A stretch of 64,000 nt of DNA from a virus: positions 5,510-69,509 of IMG/VR virus record IMGVR_UViG_3300030328_002066; one strand, given 5' to 3'. Positions 36,946 to 47,200 of this stretch are shown piece after piece; position 1 is the first letter of the stretch, and every line of letters starts with the position of its first letter. Both the position numbers and the translations under genes were made by a program. Below the pieces are notes generated by a model. The model was not told the DNA's origin. It worked only from the letters and a program-made list of their open reading frames with translations, and searched no databases.

Positions 36946-38727
36946 ATGCCTATTCAAAGAACAAACACAAATAGGGATACTGGACAAATAGATCCCGGAA
37001 GTGGAACATATAACTTAAGTGATAAATCGCTTAGTTGGGATACTTCAAAATCCATAAGTTCTCAGTTCATTATACTAGGTTACTTTACTACGTTTAGTGG
37101 TGGACAAAACGTAAGCGCGTATAACTATACTAATTGGTACGATCCATATTTAATTCCTTTGTCTGAAGGAGGAACTGATTTAGTAACGTTTAACGACGCT
37201 ACAGGAGCTATTAGCTTAAACAAAGCTATTAACTTAGGTACTTTTACTGTAGGTAGTACTTCTTTAACAAGACCTAAGTTTGCTGATTTAACAAAAGTAA
37301 GAATCATAAGAGCTACTGATATTGATTCAAAAGCAAGAACCTACGCTGCTGGAACTAGAATTACTTCTGAAGGTTTAAATAATAGCTTTGACCAGGTCTT
37401 TAATTCTGTTGCTGAATTAGAAGAAAGGCTTGTTCAAGTAGAGGGCTCTAGTTTTGAGGACACCCTTTCTTTAACGGATTTATCAGATATACCTACTGTT
37501 GAAGTAGGAGATCGAATTTTAAAATTTAACGGAACTACTTTTGAATGGATACCTACTCCTTCTGGTAGTTCTGGTGTAAGCGGCGGCGATATAACTGGAG
37601 TCGATCTTACTGGTGGCAATGGTATTACTATAGGAAGCGAAGCAAATACCACAAGCGGTGACTACTCAGCTACAATATCTGCGGATATAAAAACTAATGG
37701 CGGCCTTGTAATTGAGTCTAATAAGTTAGCTGTGGATTTAGCAGGTAGTTCTATAACTAATACATTAGGTATTTCTGATGGCGGTACTGGAGCTACAACA
37801 GCCTCTGCTGCTAGAACAGCTTTAGGTGTTGCTATTGGATCAAATGTACAAGCTTATGATGCCGACCTTTTAGCGCTTGCCGGATTAACTTCAGCAGCTG
37901 ATAAAGGCATTCAGTTTACTGGATCTGGTACAGCTGCTACGTATACTTTAACAGCAGCAGGTAAAGCTTTACTAGATGATGCAGATGCAGCAGCACAGCG
38001 AACTACTCTTGGCTTAGGTACTGCTGCTCTTGTTGATACGGGAACAGGGGCTTCAAACGCTATTCTGGGAAACGATGCTCGTCTTACAGACGCTCGTACT
38101 CCCGCAGATCACTCAGCAGCTAAGATTACAAGTGGTACTCTTCCAGTTGCTCGCGGAGGAACTGGGGTAACGTCTCTTCCTATGATTGCAGTAGTTACTG
38201 CCGCCGATGCTGCAGCAGCTAGAACTGTTTTAGGCGTAAGACCTGGCACTGAGGTTCAAGCATACGATGCTGACCTAGCAGCTATAGCTGGATTAACTTC
38301 AGCAGCTGACAAAGGCATTCAGTTTACAGGCTCAGGAACAGCAGGCGTTTATACTTTAACAACAGCAGGTAAAGCTTTGTTAGATGACGCAGATGCAGCA
38401 GCTCAACGTACTACTCTAGGTGTTACAAACGTTGGTTCTTATACTGGTCAAATTGAAACGGCCTCAGATAAGACCTATACAATAGACCCCGGAGCTGCTA
38501 CAGCTAGAACCATTACTGGTTTCTATATTAAGAGTGCTTCTGGTACTGTTACAGCAACGCTTAAAGTCGGAACTGATGTCGTTAAGGCTGCAAGTGTTTC
38601 TAGTTCAAGCGGAGACCAGTCTTCATTGGCTAATACAGGCGTAGCTGTTAATGAAGTTATTACTATCGTTACTTCTTCTAACTCTTCAGCAACCGACGTA
38701 ATCTTTGCGGTGGAGTATACAGAATGA
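36946..38727 (+). CDS. Tail fiber protein
   Basis: gp17-like adaptor remnant (VRIIRATD...LN-x-x-FDQ...ELE), GGTGATTA-x-x-ARTALG fiber repeats. Confidence 0.85.
   Translation: MPIQRTNTNRDTGQIDPGSGTYNLSDKSLSWDTSKSISSQFIILGYFTTFSGGQNVSAYNYTNWYDPYLIPLSEGGTDLVTFNDATGAISLNKAINLGTFTVGSTSLTRPKFADLTKVRIIRATDIDSKARTYAAGTRITSEGLNNSFDQVFNSVAELEERLVQVEGSSFEDTLSLTDLSDIPTVEVGDRILKFNGTTFEWIPTPSGSSGVSGGDITGVDLTGGNGITIGSEANTTSGDYSATISADIKTNGGLVIESNKLAVDLAGSSITNTLGISDGGTGATTASAARTALGVAIGSNVQAYDADLLALAGLTSAADKGIQFTGSGTAATYTLTAAGKALLDDADAAAQRTTLGLGTAALVDTGTGASNAILGNDARLTDARTPADHSAAKITSGTLPVARGGTGVTSLPMIAVVTAADAAAARTVLGVRPGTEVQAYDADLAAIAGLTSAADKGIQFTGSGTAGVYTLTTAGKALLDDADAAAQRTTLGVTNVGSYTGQIETASDKTYTIDPGAATARTITGFYIKSASGTVTATLKVGTDVVKAASVSSSSGDQSSLANTGVAVNEVITIVTSSNSSATDVIFAVEYTE
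37846..38421 (+). repeat. 168-nt (56-aa) internal duplication in tail fiber (37846-38013 and 38254-38421)
   Basis: VQAYDADL...AGLTSAADKGIQFTGSGTA...AGKALLDDADAAAQRTTLG occurs twice. Confidence 0.9.
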
Positions 38728-39221
38728 GTAACAAATGGTTATTTTTTCCTACTCAATCATCTGGGCCACTTCAGACAATTACATTCAATATGTCTGGTGC
38801 GCAAAACGCTTCTTCAATTTCAAGTAGTGGCCAGGAAATTATTTCGGTACTCAAAGTATCGGAATTACGTGCAGGTGGGGGTAGTGCAGCGGGCAAGCTA
38901 AGAATCTGGAATGGATCAGAAGCTGCTAATGGAGCTAACTTTTCGGGGACTGCTGGGTCGGGTGCAAATATCCAATATAAGTTTACAAGTACAACAACTT
39001 GTCGTCAGTGGTGGCATAATTATTCTGTCTCTGCAACCTTAAACGGGGGTTCACCTATTAGTCTGAACGCCGTCAGTAGTGGGGGCAGCGGAGGCAGTGA
39101 AGACGTTGTAGGTTCTTTGGATGGCGCATGTCAGCCGGGATACTGTAATACTACAACAGCCATTAAAGGATCAGATTTTTCAAGCGGGGATGTAATAGTC
39201 CTTACCATTACGGCTGTTTAA
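38724..39221 (+). CDS. Hypothetical tail-fiber-associated protein
   Basis: ATGA-coupled to fiber gene; Gly/Ser-rich. Confidence 0.65.
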   Translation: MSNKWLFFPTQSSGPLQTITFNMSGAQNASSISSSGQEIISVLKVSELRAGGGSAAGKLRIWNGSEAANGANFSGTAGSGANIQYKFTSTTTCRQWWHNYSVSATLNGGSPISLNAVSSGGSGGSEDVVGSLDGACQPGYCNTTTAIKGSDFSSGDVIVLTITAV

Positions 39222-39250
39222 GCCATTACTATTTAATCAAGGAAATCTAA

Positions 39251-39475
39251 ATGAATACTTTGCCTTATTACGCCGCAATTCTCGGTCACATAAACTCTAT
39301 GAAAAGCTGTTTATCAGCTGTAGCTTATGATTTTAAAGAAACTGCTCCTCGTAATGCTTTGGATGAACAGCTAATTGATGCGCTTATCGCTACTTCTAAT
39401 GAAATGTTAGCAGAAGCTGCGGCGCTTAAAACTATTAGTTACGATCCAACGCCAGAAGAGCCCGTTGATCCTTGA
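39251..39475 (+). CDS. Hypothetical protein
   Basis: AAGGA RBS. Confidence 0.65.
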   Translation: MNTLPYYAAILGHINSMKSCLSAVAYDFKETAPRNALDEQLIDALIATSNEMLAEAAALKTISYDPTPEEPVDP

Positions 39476-39484
39476 ACCTTAGGA

Positions 39485-39565
39485 CCGTTTGCTGCTGTTG
39501 CAGCTGAAGTCGGACGTACTTGGTTACGCCATTCAGTGCAGCTAGCCCTCGGGTAGCAGCGTCGG
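39485..39565 (+). ncRNA. Putative structured intergenic RNA
   Basis: GC-rich multi-stem fold: GCTGCT/AGCAGC, GTTGCA-G-CTGAA/TTCAG-TGCAGC, CGTA/TACG, GCCC/GGGT. Confidence 0.4.
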
Positions 39566-39577
39566 ACTTATCATAGT

Positions 39578-39617
39578 GGCGTTAGGGGCCTCTGTGTCCC
39601 CTAACGTCTATTTTGTT
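39578..39617 (+). terminator. Probable terminator hairpin
   Basis: GGCGTTAGGGG/CCCCTAACGTC stem then TATTTTGTT. Confidence 0.65.
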
Positions 39618-39645
39618 ATAAGAGAAAGATATTAAAAAGGATTGC

Positions 39646-40056
39646 ATGATGAGCATGGAATTAATTTCAATGTTAGGAGGAGGCCTTGCAGGTTTCATAT
39701 TCCGATTTATGGCAATGTCCGTGGAAAATCAGCAAAAAACTACGGAGATGCTTTTACAAAAACAAGCAGCGGCAGATGACTCAGCTGATAGGGCTGCTAA
39801 GCGTGGTACTCATCTCGGTAGGCGGGTGCTCGTCTTCACCGTCTTATGGGTCCTTGCTATCGCCCCGTTCCTTGGAGCCCTCCTCGGAATCGACACCTGG
39901 GTCGAAAGCGAACGAGCCCCCTGGGACCTCTTTGGCATCTTCACAGGCGGCTGGGTGGATCTCAAAGGAATCATCGTGTTACCTGAGCTTCGCGCTGCTC
40001 TTCTTGCCGCCGTTGGTTTTTACCTTGGCGGTTCTTCCATTGCGAGAGGTAAATAA
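39646..40056 (+). CDS. Membrane protein, holin-like
   Basis: Three hydrophobic segments, C-terminal VGFYLG; lysis-module position. Confidence 0.6.
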   Translation: MMSMELISMLGGGLAGFIFRFMAMSVENQQKTTEMLLQKQAAADDSADRAAKRGTHLGRRVLVFTVLWVLAIAPFLGALLGIDTWVESERAPWDLFGIFTGGWVDLKGIIVLPELRAALLAAVGFYLGGSSIARGK

Positions 40057-40061
40057 GAAAA

Positions 40062-40298
40062 ATGAATGAATCACAGATGTTTGATTTACTTCTCCTAGCT
40101 ATTGGCATTGTTGCTGCTATGGTAGGAGCTGTTTTATACCGCGTGTGGGCAATACCCGCTATGCAACAAAAGATAGAGATATTGGACGAGGAACAATCTA
40201 AGGCTCGTCAACATATACACGATATGAGAAATACGCTACATGAACATGGTACAAGGATCACTGTTCTTGAGGAAACAAAGCAAGAAGCCTCTTCGTGA
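40062..40298 (+). CDS. Small membrane protein with coiled coil
   Basis: One TM segment then HEHGTRITVLE. Confidence 0.6.
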   Translation: MNESQMFDLLLLAIGIVAAMVGAVLYRVWAIPAMQQKIEILDEEQSKARQHIHDMRNTLHEHGTRITVLEETKQEASS

Positions 40299-40357
40299 AA
40301 ATCAGCTTCCTCGGTTGAGGTTAGCTTCAGTTAAACTAGAAAAAAGGAAACGATACG

Positions 40358-40483
40358 ATGCCAACCGTAAAAGGTAAAAAATTCGCCTATACAAAAAAAG
40401 GTAAGGCTGCTGCAAAAAGATATGCAAGAAAAACAGGAAAGCCTTCAACTAAACGTAAGACTGGTATGAAAAAGGGTTATTGA
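40358..40483 (+). CDS. Small very basic protein (41 aa, MPTVKGKKFAYTKKGKAAAKRYA...)
   Basis: Below track cutoff; AAGGA RBS; resembles small Lys-rich proteins of marine phages. Confidence 0.7.
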   Translation: MPTVKGKKFAYTKKGKAAAKRYARKTGKPSTKRKTGMKKGY

Positions 40484-40508
40484 TATTTAACTATAGGAGG
40501 GTGCTCCG

Positions 40509-41183
40509 TTGTCCGATAGATGTCCTTATTGTTCAGATTACGAAAGTATAAAAGAGGAACTAAAAGAGACAAAACGGAACGCAGAAAAGGTAGTAAAAGA
40601 CTCCCTTGAAAACTGCGAACGCGAAAGAAGAAAGATTAAAAAGCAGTTAATGAGTATAGGTATTGTTGTTGTTGTAGCAGGGACGCTACTTGGTAAAGAG
40701 TTTGTGGATAAAGTAGCCGAATATTTAGAGAGTTTTAATTCTGTTAAGGATGCTGGATCTGATTTGATTTCAGAAGCTTTACCTAAAAACTCTAAGAATT
40801 CTTCTATACCAGGACCTTCTTTTGCCGCTAAGCCAAACGGATTTACTATAGATAATTACCACGTTTTAAAATCTACAAACATACAGCTTTACCAAGCAGA
40901 TTTAGATTTAATGTCAAATAATATGTCAATCGTCGATATAGGTTTTGACGCTTCTAGTTTTTTGGATGTTTCTACTAGACCAGATTCGCCTATAAAACCA
41001 TTTTATACCGACTGGTCATATTTTATGTTAGACGAAAAACCCAAACAAATATTACCTCAAGGTCCTTTTCAATTTGAAGGTCCTTTAGACATAGAATTAT
41101 ATAATACTTCTTCCGTTCCCGGGCCTGGGGTGTTAATGTGCTTTGCACTAGGGTTACTTTTTTATAAAAGAAAACAACGATGA
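40509..41183 (+). CDS. Membrane protein with C-terminal PEP-CTERM-like sorting signal
   Basis: GGAGG RBS plus TTG; C terminus VPGPG-VLMCFALGLLFY-KRKQR; additional internal TM segment. Confidence 0.75.
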   Translation: MSDRCPYCSDYESIKEELKETKRNAEKVVKDSLENCERERRKIKKQLMSIGIVVVVAGTLLGKEFVDKVAEYLESFNSVKDAGSDLISEALPKNSKNSSIPGPSFAAKPNGFTIDNYHVLKSTNIQLYQADLDLMSNNMSIVDIGFDASSFLDVSTRPDSPIKPFYTDWSYFMLDEKPKQILPQGPFQFEGPLDIELYNTSSVPGPGVLMCFALGLLFYKRKQR

Positions 41184-41380
41184 ATTATAAAACACTTAAC
41201 GAAAAACTGTATTGGTCGTTAATGAATGATCTTGAAGACTCTGAGCGGAGAAATCCTCAGCTTTACAAAGTTGTATTAGACGTTCTTAAGGAAAATAGAG
41301 ATCAATTAGAGCTTACAGAAAGAAATATTGAGCAAGTTATTGAAGAGAAGATCGATCTTCCCTTTAAGTTTGGCTCTTAG
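41180..41380 (+). CDS. Terminase small subunit (T7 gp18-like)
   Basis: DLEDSERRNPQLY resembles the gp18 DL-x-D-x-ERR-x-PQLY motif; directly upstream of large subunit. Confidence 0.8.
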   Translation: MNYKTLNEKLYWSLMNDLEDSERRNPQLYKVVLDVLKENRDQLELTERNIEQVIEEKIDLPFKFGS

Positions 41381-41404
41381 GCGCTAACGCCTGAGTCTAA
41401 GAGA
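41379..41404 (+). promoter_or_regulatory. Putative phage RNAP promoter, copy 3
   Basis: AGGCGCTAACGCCTGAGTCTAAGAGA, 2 mismatches to copies 1 and 2. Confidence 0.72.
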
Positions 41405-41432
41405 GAGAATAATCAAATAGGAGAATACTATT

Positions 41433-43160
41433 ATGCCTCTACCAGATATAAATGAGGATCTTATTCCAAAGAATATTCCAAAGGATATCTTAGATGACTT
41501 TCGTAACCATCTTCATCAATGTATGAAGTACTTGGGACTAGGAGAACCTACTCCACTCCAGTACATGATGGCAGAAAGGCTTCAGACAGGCTCTGACGAG
41601 TTCCAGCTTCAGGCTGGGCGAGGAGCTGGAAAGTCTGTGCTAACGTCTATGTTCGCTTCTTGGCTACTCTTGAGAGATCCTGATCACGTTATCATGGTTT
41701 TATCTGCTACGGCGATTAAAAGTACTGAGTTTATAAGCATGACAAGGAAGATTTTAACTCTTGTCCCTTACATGAAACACCTTGAACCGGGTCCCAATAC
41801 TAGGGACTCTGCGTTTGGCTTTAATGTAGAATGTAGACAAACTACTGGACAGGATTTGTCAGTGTTTTCTAGAGGTATTTCATCTCAGATTACTGGATCT
41901 CACGCCGATACGGTTATTCTTGATGACGTTGAAATTGAAAAGAATTCAGAAACAGCAGAGGCAAGAGAGAAACTACTAAATAAGGTATGGGAAATTGAAC
42001 AAATCAGAAATCCCGGCAAAGGACTTATTAGAATTTTGGGAACTCCTCAAAGTTCAGAATCCATCTATAACAAGTTGCGTGATGCGTACCCATGTTTTAA
42101 ATTCCCGGCGCTCTTCCCAGATCCGGATATGCCGGGGCAAACTAGCGATGTGGATGCTTCGATTCTTGAGTTGGATCTCGAAGTTGGTGAATCGACGCAA
42201 CCAGAGCGGTTTCCGGATGACTTGCTCGCTGAGCGAAAAGCTCGAATCGGGCCAAAACTCTTCAGCTTACATTATCACCTGGACACCTCGCTTGCTGACC
42301 AAGATCGTTACCCGTTACGGCTTAACGATCTTATCGTGCTGGACCTTGACCACGAAGTCCACCCCGATAAAATAGTGTGGTGTTCAGAGCCTGCTAAGGA
42401 TCTTCCTTCGTTTGGTCTTAATGGAGACGTAATATCGAAGCCTATGTGGGTAGCTGATTCTTATACTCCATATAAGCATACAGTAATGCATATAGACCCT
42501 TCAGGAAGAGGTAACGACGAAACTTCTGTTTGTGTCTCATCATTTGGTAATGGTTATATTTGGATACATGAACTGTGGGGTTTCGACGGCGGTTATGAAG
42601 ACGCTCTTTTAGAGAAAATCGTAAAGCTGGCTCTTGATTATCCTGGTTTGAATTTAATTAGATACGAGGAAAACTATGGTGATGGTATGTTTGGCTCTCT
42701 TCTTATGCCTCATATCGGTCGATTAGCTGGTACTAAAATCGGTATTGAAGGCTATCGTGTTAGCGGTATGAAGGAAGCACGTATCATTAAAAGCTTAGAG
42801 CCTGTCATGGCTCAGCATCGCCTTTGTATTGATAAGAAGGCTATCCGTCAAGAAGAAACCCAGAGGCAGCTAACAAGGCTGTACGAGCGCAGAGGGGCTT
42901 TAAAACACGACGACCGTGTAGATGTTTTAGCAGCTTCTGTGGAATACTTTGAAGATACTCTTGGCGTAGACGTTGATGAGATGATTGCTAAGAATGAGTA
43001 TGCAGAACAAATGAAAATAATAAAAAGCTGGGAAGATGACAAAAGACGCGCAGATCTTCTAATAGGAAATCGAACATCCGGGGCTGTGCGTCTTAAAACT
43101 CTTAAACCCCAGGAAGTTAATAAAACTATTTTTGGCCAAAGGAAAAAATCGTGGCGTTAA
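41433..43160 (+). CDS. Terminase large subunit (T7 gp19-like)
   Basis: QAGRGAGKS, ITGSHAD...LDDVE, GTPQ, IDPSGRG-x-DET, HDDRVD. Confidence 0.96.
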   Translation: MPLPDINEDLIPKNIPKDILDDFRNHLHQCMKYLGLGEPTPLQYMMAERLQTGSDEFQLQAGRGAGKSVLTSMFASWLLLRDPDHVIMVLSATAIKSTEFISMTRKILTLVPYMKHLEPGPNTRDSAFGFNVECRQTTGQDLSVFSRGISSQITGSHADTVILDDVEIEKNSETAEAREKLLNKVWEIEQIRNPGKGLIRILGTPQSSESIYNKLRDAYPCFKFPALFPDPDMPGQTSDVDASILELDLEVGESTQPERFPDDLLAERKARIGPKLFSLHYHLDTSLADQDRYPLRLNDLIVLDLDHEVHPDKIVWCSEPAKDLPSFGLNGDVISKPMWVADSYTPYKHTVMHIDPSGRGNDETSVCVSSFGNGYIWIHELWGFDGGYEDALLEKIVKLALDYPGLNLIRYEENYGDGMFGSLLMPHIGRLAGTKIGIEGYRVSGMKEARIIKSLEPVMAQHRLCIDKKAIRQEETQRQLTRLYERRGALKHDDRVDVLAASVEYFEDTLGVDVDEMIAKNEYAEQMKIIKSWEDDKRRADLLIGNRTSGAVRLKTLKPQEVNKTIFGQRKKSWR

Positions 43161-43615
43161 ACATAGTCACTGGTATAGGACCAAGAGTAGGCTCTTCGTT
43201 TGTCATGCAGCAGTGCAAGGCAAACGGTTTATTAGTAAATGGCGATAAGTTTTTACAAGGTTTGCTTCCTACAGAAGGAAACCCCTTAGGATATTACGAT
43301 CTGTTTCCGTGGGATGTATCTACTCTTCACCAAGGTATAGCAAAGGTATGGCCGGTACAACTACATTCTATTTCTGCCCCCGTCAATAGAATGGTCATCC
43401 TGCAACGAAGAGATCTCACGGAACAGATCAAATCCTGTAAAAGACAAATAGAACGGGAGCCCTTTAATATAGATATGCCTCCAGAAGAAATTATAGAGAT
43501 GTCTAAAGAAAGGCTGCAAAAGTGGCTATTTGATACCAAAACAATTCATAATACGTACTATACTGAAGACTTAGATTCTTGTATAGACGATATTGTACAA
43601 TTCTTAGGAGAATAA
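43151..43615 (+). CDS. Sulfotransferase-like P-loop protein
   Basis: IVTG-x-GPRVGSSFVMQ (PAPS-binding-like loop), NPLGYYD, R-D...S 3'-phosphate-like motif; GTG start. Confidence 0.6.
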   Translation: MALNIVTGIGPRVGSSFVMQQCKANGLLVNGDKFLQGLLPTEGNPLGYYDLFPWDVSTLHQGIAKVWPVQLHSISAPVNRMVILQRRDLTEQIKSCKRQIEREPFNIDMPPEEIIEMSKERLQKWLFDTKTIHNTYYTEDLDSCIDDIVQFLGE

Positions 43616-43616
43616 C

Positions 43617-44261
43617 ATGGGAGCTGTATTAGCCGTAGGCGGCGTAATGGCTGGCTTAGGTGCTTTAGGTGGTGCGTTGGGTGCTATTGGCGGTCAACAA
43701 AACGCGGAAGCTCAGTACTTAGCTGGAAAAATCGAAACCGAACGAAGCAATTTTCAAAACGCTTTAAAAAACGATAAACAAAATATGGCAATGGCTAGAG
43801 CAAACGCACAACGCCAGTGGAATAATGTTAAAATTGGGGAAACTGCGTTAAGTAACTATACAGAAAGTTTACGTAATAATAGAGAAGCGTTTCAAGCTAA
43901 TTCACAAAACTATGCTAGAAGCATGGTTCAAAACCATGCCGCTATGAAGGCTAGAGCAACCGGGAAAAACCTTCGCGGTGGAATGCAAAATAGATTAAAA
44001 GCGTTAGCTGATTCAAATTTTACAAAGCAACGAGGTGCTATGCGTATTCAGAAATTTAGAGCTGATACTAGTGCCGAAAACGTTTATCAAAACCAACTAG
44101 CAAAAAGAGATATGCTATCTAAAAGCGAGGCTAGTATTTATATGCCCGGTTCCACTGGTGTTGAACCTGGTTCTGGAACGCTAAATTTAATTGCGGGTAT
44201 TCTCGGTGGAGGAGCTAGCGGTTTTGCATCTGGTGTTTCAACAGGGAAGGCTTTAAGCTAA
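43617..44261 (+). CDS. Internal virion protein (T7 gp14-like)
   Basis: Gly/Ala hydrophobic termini, Gln/Asn-rich helical core; first of three genes of increasing size. Confidence 0.65.
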   Translation: MGAVLAVGGVMAGLGALGGALGAIGGQQNAEAQYLAGKIETERSNFQNALKNDKQNMAMARANAQRQWNNVKIGETALSNYTESLRNNREAFQANSQNYARSMVQNHAAMKARATGKNLRGGMQNRLKALADSNFTKQRGAMRIQKFRADTSAENVYQNQLAKRDMLSKSEASIYMPGSTGVEPGSGTLNLIAGILGGGASGFASGVSTGKALS

Positions 44262-44270
44262 GGAATAACT

Positions 44271-47200
44271 ATGCCAAGACGAGATATACCTAGTGCCAAA
44301 AGCACTGAAGGACGCGGACGACAAAAAGATGCCTATGGTTTTCTTCAAGAATACACAGAACCTGATTTAGGAAGTATTGCTCCTTTAGATCCGGTTTTAC
44401 AGAATAACCAAACAACAGGCGGAGAAGTCGTATTTGGCCGAGGAAGTAATCAAATAGGTGGAACAAATACTTCACAAGAATTAGCTAATTTGTTGTTTAC
44501 TGGCATAGAAGCAACTCAACAGTTTGCTGAAGGTTATAAAGAAATATCTGTTAAACACGATAGCGATGTTTTGGATGGTGCTCAAGAAGAGTGGGATCGA
44601 CGAAAGCTTCAAAAAGGAACTGAAGACTCTAACGGTATGTTGACAGAAGACGGTAAGCCTGTATGGTCTACTCTTACTCCAGAACAACGACTTTTAGAAG
44701 AAAGATCTTTTTTAAAAGAAACAAAGAAAAAGCTATGGCGAAGAGATAACAAACTTGCTTTAAGACAGGACATTGTAAAAAATAAAATGACCTTAAACCC
44801 CTTAAAGCTAGAAAGTAAAATTGAGGATATCCGTTTAGAACGTATGCGTCTTTTAGCCTCACCTCTTTCTGCTGATGAGCTTCAAAAAAGACTAGAAGAA
44901 CAAACTAAAATTTACCAAGACTGGGTTGACTCAAACGAATTTATTCAAAAGGATCCTGTTCTTAAAGCAACGGCTGATGCAGCTTTATACGGACTTCAAG
45001 AAAAGGATTTCTCTACTGCAGAAGCAGCTATGGATTCTTTTATGTCAGAGCAAAAACCTGTTTTAGAAGGTCTTCTTGTTAAATGGGAAGGACATCTTTT
45101 AGATCAAGGTATTGAATACGGTCCCGAGGAAGATCAGTTTCAGGGGTTTATTGAATTTGCAAAAACCCAACAAAATGCTACTGCGTTAGTAAGTGTTTTA
45201 GAAAGCAACGACGCTTTTTCTATGCGCTTTGGAGAACGCCTTGCTCCGATTTATACTCAATGGAGAGAATCGTTTGAAGAAACGGCTGCAGAAAACACAA
45301 GATTAACGCTTATTCAAAGGGGCGTAGAAGATTCTAGTTTATGGCTAGCTGACGTATACGATGAAAAAACAGGAAGTTTTAAAGCGCGCCCAGGAGAAGG
45401 TACAGTTTTTGACAACCCCAGCCGTTTTGCGTCTTTCAGCGTTCACTTAAGCCAAATACAAGAAAATAGTAAAAGTTCTCGATCAGCTAATATAAGCCAA
45501 GAATTTGGCGTTACTGTAACGACTTTTTCGCGTTTAGCGCAGGCTAGAGCTAAGCAATTATTTGTTCAAAACGGCGGGTCTATGGATGACGCTGTTCAAG
45601 CTGCTCTTGAAGACGTAACTAAAGCCCTTGAACATACCGCGGAATTAGGTGGTTTAAATTGGAATGAAGCTTCAATACGGTCTCGTGCAAACGCTATTGA
45701 AAAAGAGTTACGAAAGATTCATGCTCAAGACGGATTAAATATAGCAGAAAGCAATAACGGAGTAATAAGCAAGACAAACCCAGTAACAGAAGAACAGGAA
45801 GTTTCTTTTAATCTAAATTCTTCAGTAAATGTAGCTACTAATTACCCCAACGGTATTCCTCCAGAGATACAAGCTGTAATGCTCGACACATATCAATATG
45901 CAGTTGCGCAGCGCCTTACAACATATGCTTTAGAAAGCGAAGAAAACGGGGGTAGTTTAAATCGAATAGTAAGTAAAATACAAAATGTCGCGCCTGAGAA
46001 TTTAAATCGCCATCAGTTAAGTAGACGGCTTTATGACTCTATCGCTGAAGTCACGGGGGATTTAAATATTCCCGAAGAAAATCGAGCTGAGGAAGCTGCA
46101 AAAAGATTTATAGCAGGCCTCAGACCAAGTACGAAAGCTTTAGAAAGTACAGAAAACGGACAACGCTATTTAAAAACAATATCAGAAATTGAAGCTTATG
46201 TTCTCGAACACTTAACAACTTTTATGTCTGGGTTTTCTTTAGATCATGGTCTCCAGGTTTTACATTCGTTTGCCGATGCTTTTAATCAAGATACTAGGGA
46301 GGGTCAACAAAACGCTATAGGAGATCTTTCGGAATTTCCTTTAAACCTAGATTGGTTAAATAACTACGGGCTAACCGTTAGTGAAGATGGTGATGTAACT
46401 TTATCAAGTATCCCCGATGCAAGGATGCTTCAAAAAGAAGCGTTTTTAAGCAAAGATCCGGATAAAATTATAGCGGCTTTAGATCAAGTAGCTCCTATTC
46501 CTTCTATTGGTTTTACACCAGGTAGAATAACAAGACCAGAGGATATTGATCAGGCTGCTACCGTATTAACTGGAGCTTTAATTACAACCTCTGATGCTTT
46601 AGAGGCTTTGGGTATAAGAAGAAATAGCCGGACATATAAGCAGGTACTTGACATCCAGGTTGACAGACTTGTACCCCCTGTTTTAGAAGGTAATTCAAAC
46701 ATAGGTGATCAACGCACCTATAGAATGCGGTTAACAAGTCTTATTCACAAATTACACGAAATTCCTCAAATGATTGACGAGGGTGAAGTAAACCCAGAAT
46801 ATAAAGAGGTTGCTAGGAATCTTAGAGAATCATATGCTAAATACGCAGAAATAAGGGATTTTGAAGTACGAGCGGCGGTTGCTGGCCCGTTTGACTCTAG
46901 CGGGATAAATGATTGGGCAAGACAAAATACAAATAATCCTAACAGTCCTATGTCTACTTTTGATGAAGGATGGTGGGACGGTAATAAAACTAATTCGTTT
47001 ACAACCTATTTGCAAAAGATAGCCCCACAGGATTTTAGTGGGTTTTTACAAGATTTAAGAATAAACGCTATGGCTGGAGATGGAGCATCTTTTGCTAATA
47101 GCTATTACGCATCTATTGGCTATAATACACCTACTTTTGAAAACTTTATGGCTTTCTGTATGGAGAATAATTTAAGTCTACAGGCTAGAAAAGATGAGTC

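Noticed and set aside
41995-42375. Overlapping + strand ORF inside terminase (T7 19.2/19.3-like)
   Set aside because: No RBS or recognisable motif; it cannot be supported from the sequence alone
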